64,000 nucleotides of DNA from an uncultured Thermococci archaeon. Its GTDB lineage: Archaea; Methanobacteriota_B; Thermococci; Methanofastidiosales; B48-G16. Where the stretch lies: contig CAZQQT010000009.1 in assembly GCA_964595645.1 (NCBI GenBank), positions 36,619-100,618 of the forward strand, read 5' to 3'. The position numbers and the translations under genes are program-made. The notes below the pieces were generated by a model that ran no database searches, was not told where the DNA came from, and was given only the letters and a program-made list of their open reading frames with translations. Positions 61,301 to 64,000 of the stretch are shown piece by piece (within the stretch, counting starts at the first letter, position 1; each line of letters opens with the position of its first letter).

Positions 61301-61810
61301 TTATAGTAACTGTTTAGAGTCCTCAAGGAGTATTTCTACTGTCCATTTCGCCACATTACCAGCCACATCCGGGCATGTATCATCGGTCTTCTGTTCACTA
61401 TACTGTTTTGCTTCTTCTTCATCCCAGAAATCAAACGTCCGTCCGAAAAGTTTTCTTTGTACATCTTCGCAAGTAGGGGAACCATATATCTCTACAAACC
61501 TATCGTACAACTTTTTTGCAAGTACGTAAGATCTCAAACATCGTTTTTTGCCAAAATCCTTCCTTTCACGTCCGTGTACAGTACTGATTGCCACGATACC
61601 GCCTGCGAGTGCACCGCATGTTCCTCCAAGCTGAAGACCTCCTCCACCAGCAAGAGCATGGGCAGCTTGTACAATATCATCGTTTCCTATACCGAGTACG
61701 TCATTCACTGCGGCAAGCACACACTGTGGACATGACCCGTACTTCTTATCGTACTCGGAGGCAAGACGATATGCCTTTTCTTTTTTTTCATGTATCTCTT
61801 CATTTTTCAT
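61301..61810 (-). CDS. C_GCAxxG_C_C family putative redox protein
   Basis: SCPQCV, GTCGALAGG, TCEDV, TCP. Confidence 0.85.
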   Translation of the reverse strand: MKNEEIHEKKEKAYRLASEYDKKYGSCPQCVLAAVNDVLGIGNDDIVQAAHALAGGGGLQLGGTCGALAGGIVAISTVHGRERKDFGKKRCLRSYVLAKKLYDRFVEIYGSPTCEDVQRKLFGRTFDFWDEEEAKQYSEQKTDDTCPDVAGNVAKWTVEILLEDSKQLL

Positions 61811-61903
61811 AGTACCACTTATGCATGGATATGCAGTTTGTTTTTAAAGGTTTGTCCCATGAATCGAGTCCTGTGATTGAGAGCTGAGAAAATAGTAAAA
61901 ACG

Positions 61904-62419
61904 TTATTCGTATTTTGGATTCTCAATCAAGGTAGGGTTACCGTCTTTTTCCACGACAAGTTTCTTAAATCCCTTTCTTTCTATGAACCCATAGTCATGG
62001 CCAGCATCCGTTGGATATATCGCCAAGAAGACAAGTTTTTCATCATTTGTGTTCACACAACGATGGGCGCAGTGCTTGGGGACGTATATCACCTTATTTT
62101 TCTTGATTTCATGTGTAAAAAACTCCTCATCGGTTTGTAAGAGTATCAGCCCACTTCCTCGGATTCCCACGTACACTTCGTCTGCTGCTTTCTCGTGGAG
62201 GTGTCCCTTTGTCATGAAGTATTCATTTTCTACCTTCCCAGGATTCATTACCGTGGTGGCAAAGTTTAGACCTTCGGTATCACGCTCGTACACCTCATAT
62301 ATCGTTGGATCATCCTTCCTCTTTCCCTGATAGAACCCCTTCATGTCAGAATATTTCCTTATTACCTTATTTGTATAGCCTTCAATTGCACCACTCTCTG
62401 TAATTTCATGTGCTTTCAT
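61904..62419 (-). CDS. pgiA: Cupin-type glucose-6-phosphate isomerase
   Basis: PGKV..EYFMTKGHLH, EVY, AHRCVN, YPTDAGHDY. Confidence 0.92.
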   Translation of the reverse strand: MKAHEITESGAIEGYTNKVIRKYSDMKGFYQGKRKDDPTIYEVYERDTEGLNFATTVMNPGKVENEYFMTKGHLHEKAADEVYVGIRGSGLILLQTDEEFFTHEIKKNKVIYVPKHCAHRCVNTNDEKLVFLAIYPTDAGHDYGFIERKGFKKLVVEKDGNPTLIENPKYE

Positions 62420-62454
62420 ACAATGTAACGTGTGATCTTTCTATAAAAAATTTT

Positions 62455-63750
62455 TCATGTGCCCACAAAAGACAGACATGAAACGGTATCTCCCAATCCC
62501 ACTGTAGACTCCGGCGTGTCTATTCTCTTCGTGGGTACTCCTACTAGAAAGTGATCTCCTCTATCCGCTATTCCCGTTTCTGGAAACTCTCTATTCCCAA
62601 CTGCGCGCCCCAACTCCTTTAGTCTTCTATATCCTCTGTCACAGACAGAGATCTCCATTGCTCCCTTTATGCTATTTCTGGAGGAGATATTTCCTTTTTT
62701 TGCCTTTGCACACGCCACCAACGATGCAAAGAGTAAGGCATCCCGCTGTTTCTTCGGATCGTGCTCACGATCTACTACTGAGAGATGGTATCGTGCGTCG
62801 TGGAGATGTATCCTCTTCAATCCCATCTCCTCCTTAACCTGTAGAATGTTCTGATAGATCCCATACAGAGTGTCTTTGCGCGTATATCCCAAACTCTCCA
62901 GTATACTTCCAAGTTCAACACTATTCATGCCGAGTGAGTCGAAAGAAGGAAGATAACTTTTCACTAGGTATGATCGCATTTCAGGATTTTGCATGGAGGT
63001 AAACTCATAGTGTATTTGTATGTTGTTATTCTGGGATCTCATTTTCTTTATATGATTCCTCGACGTTTCTATATTTTTTTTGAAATTTTTCTTTTGGAAA
63101 AGTTGAAATCCAGAAAGAAGTGCATATCCATATGATATGTTCAACGCATCTGCAAACTTCTCGTCGGGAAATTCATGGAGGGGACTCACGATAAACCTAT
63201 CGTCATTCTCCACCACATAGTTATTGATTGTGTGCCCTTTTTTATACTCAAAAATAAAATGAATAACCGGTTCAATGCTTTTGCAAGCATTTTTCGGTGA
63301 TTCCAAGATGAAACTACCATTTTTGACAGAAGGAATTTTTATATTATTAGTATCCCTAAAAAATTTTGCCTGTTTCTCAGATAAACAGCCACAATAGACA
63401 ACTATGGTATCAATATCAAAGAAAGACAGCATGTTAGCCATTATCCCACTCTGTCCTCCCATTCTCTCCTCATCGTAATCAAATTTCCTGAGAGCGGAGT
63501 ATAGATCCCTCTCTGTCCACACTTCGCATCCTCCGTGTGTCATCGCGTGGCACAGTCCAGAAAAAAAATCATCCATAGTTTGTAACTTTTCTTTTAAATA
63601 ACATGTATCTATAGGATTTCTGTCCAAAAATTCCTGAGTTAGATGTTTTACCATGTCTACATCCATGTTATACCCTAAAAACACATTATCAACTGCATCT
63701 ATCTCTTTCATATGGTCAATGCTTTTCTTGTAGAGTTGATCCCAGCTCAT
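62455..63750 (-). CDS. ADP-dependent sugar kinase (glucokinase-leaning)
   Basis: GYNMDVD, RMGGQSGIMAN, IHFIFEY, SLGMNSVE, TVGLGD. Confidence 0.85.
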   Translation of the reverse strand: MSWDQLYKKSIDHMKEIDAVDNVFLGYNMDVDMVKHLTQEFLDRNPIDTCYLKEKLQTMDDFFSGLCHAMTHGGCEVWTERDLYSALRKFDYDEERMGGQSGIMANMLSFFDIDTIVVYCGCLSEKQAKFFRDTNNIKIPSVKNGSFILESPKNACKSIEPVIHFIFEYKKGHTINNYVVENDDRFIVSPLHEFPDEKFADALNISYGYALLSGFQLFQKKNFKKNIETSRNHIKKMRSQNNNIQIHYEFTSMQNPEMRSYLVKSYLPSFDSLGMNSVELGSILESLGYTRKDTLYGIYQNILQVKEEMGLKRIHLHDARYHLSVVDREHDPKKQRDALLFASLVACAKAKKGNISSRNSIKGAMEISVCDRGYRRLKELGRAVGNREFPETGIADRGDHFLVGVPTKRIDTPESTVGLGDTVSCLSFVGT

Positions 63751-63945
63751 CTCTTTTTCCTCCTTAAGATACATATATACTATTTGTATCCTAGAAAAAT
63801 GCTTCGTTTTCCAAGGAGTGTAACATACGAAGCTTGTTCTATGTTATAACTCTTTATTATTTTATCTTTTAAAAAAATTACTATTAGAGACAAATATTTC
63901 CCCAAATTTTTTAAATGAAAAGTCCCTATAACGTTATGTGATATT

Positions 63946-64000
63946 ATGGTCACTGTATCAGTAATCAAGGCAGATGTAGGCGGTGCACCCGGACACTCCA
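63946..64000 (+). CDS. fbp: FBP aldolase/phosphatase (class V FBPase), 5' partial
   Basis: Manual translation MVTVSVIKADVGGAPGHS matches the family N-terminal SVIKADxGG..GH motif. Confidence 0.8.
   Translation, partial: MVTVSVIKADVGGAPGHS

Overview
Archaeal chromosomal window. Archaeal-type r-proteins, RpoD/RpoL, Csl4, Cbf5, Dph2, cupin PGI, an ADP-dependent sugar kinase and a class V FBPase are present; a Thermococci-related anaerobe such as Theionarchaea or Methanofastidiosia is plausible but only inferred. Layout: 1-3.6 kb accessory genes (frameshifted GNAT, secreted PKD/Ig-repeat protein); 3.8-21.6 kb contiguous S10-spc-alpha ribosomal superoperon with tRNA-Leu(GAG) and tRNA-Ser(GGA); 21.7-27.5 kb membrane-anchored tandem FKBP and a regulator/TrmO-FmdE/radical SAM/methyltransferase cluster; 27.5-31.1 kb purA, dph2, csl4, rpoL; 31.1-35.7 kb large surface protein, an uncalled RHH-like microprotein and an Lrp regulator; 36.0-51.4 kb a 17-gene operon; 51.4-64 kb mixed housekeeping genes. 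The operon is the main finding: korDABC, hdrA, flxDCBA, hdrCB, a soluble frdBA-like pair, sucCD and a split fumarase. It looks like half a TCA cycle wired to a flavin-based electron-bifurcating Hdr-Flx complex, with no membrane anchor or hydrogenase large subunit. Other oddities: rpoD reads 33 nt into tRNA-Leu, eL32 carries an apparent acidic self-duplication, and the PKD gene has an apparently exact 291-bp duplication. No CRISPR, transposase or integrase was seen. All calls come from reading motifs by eye; no searches were run.
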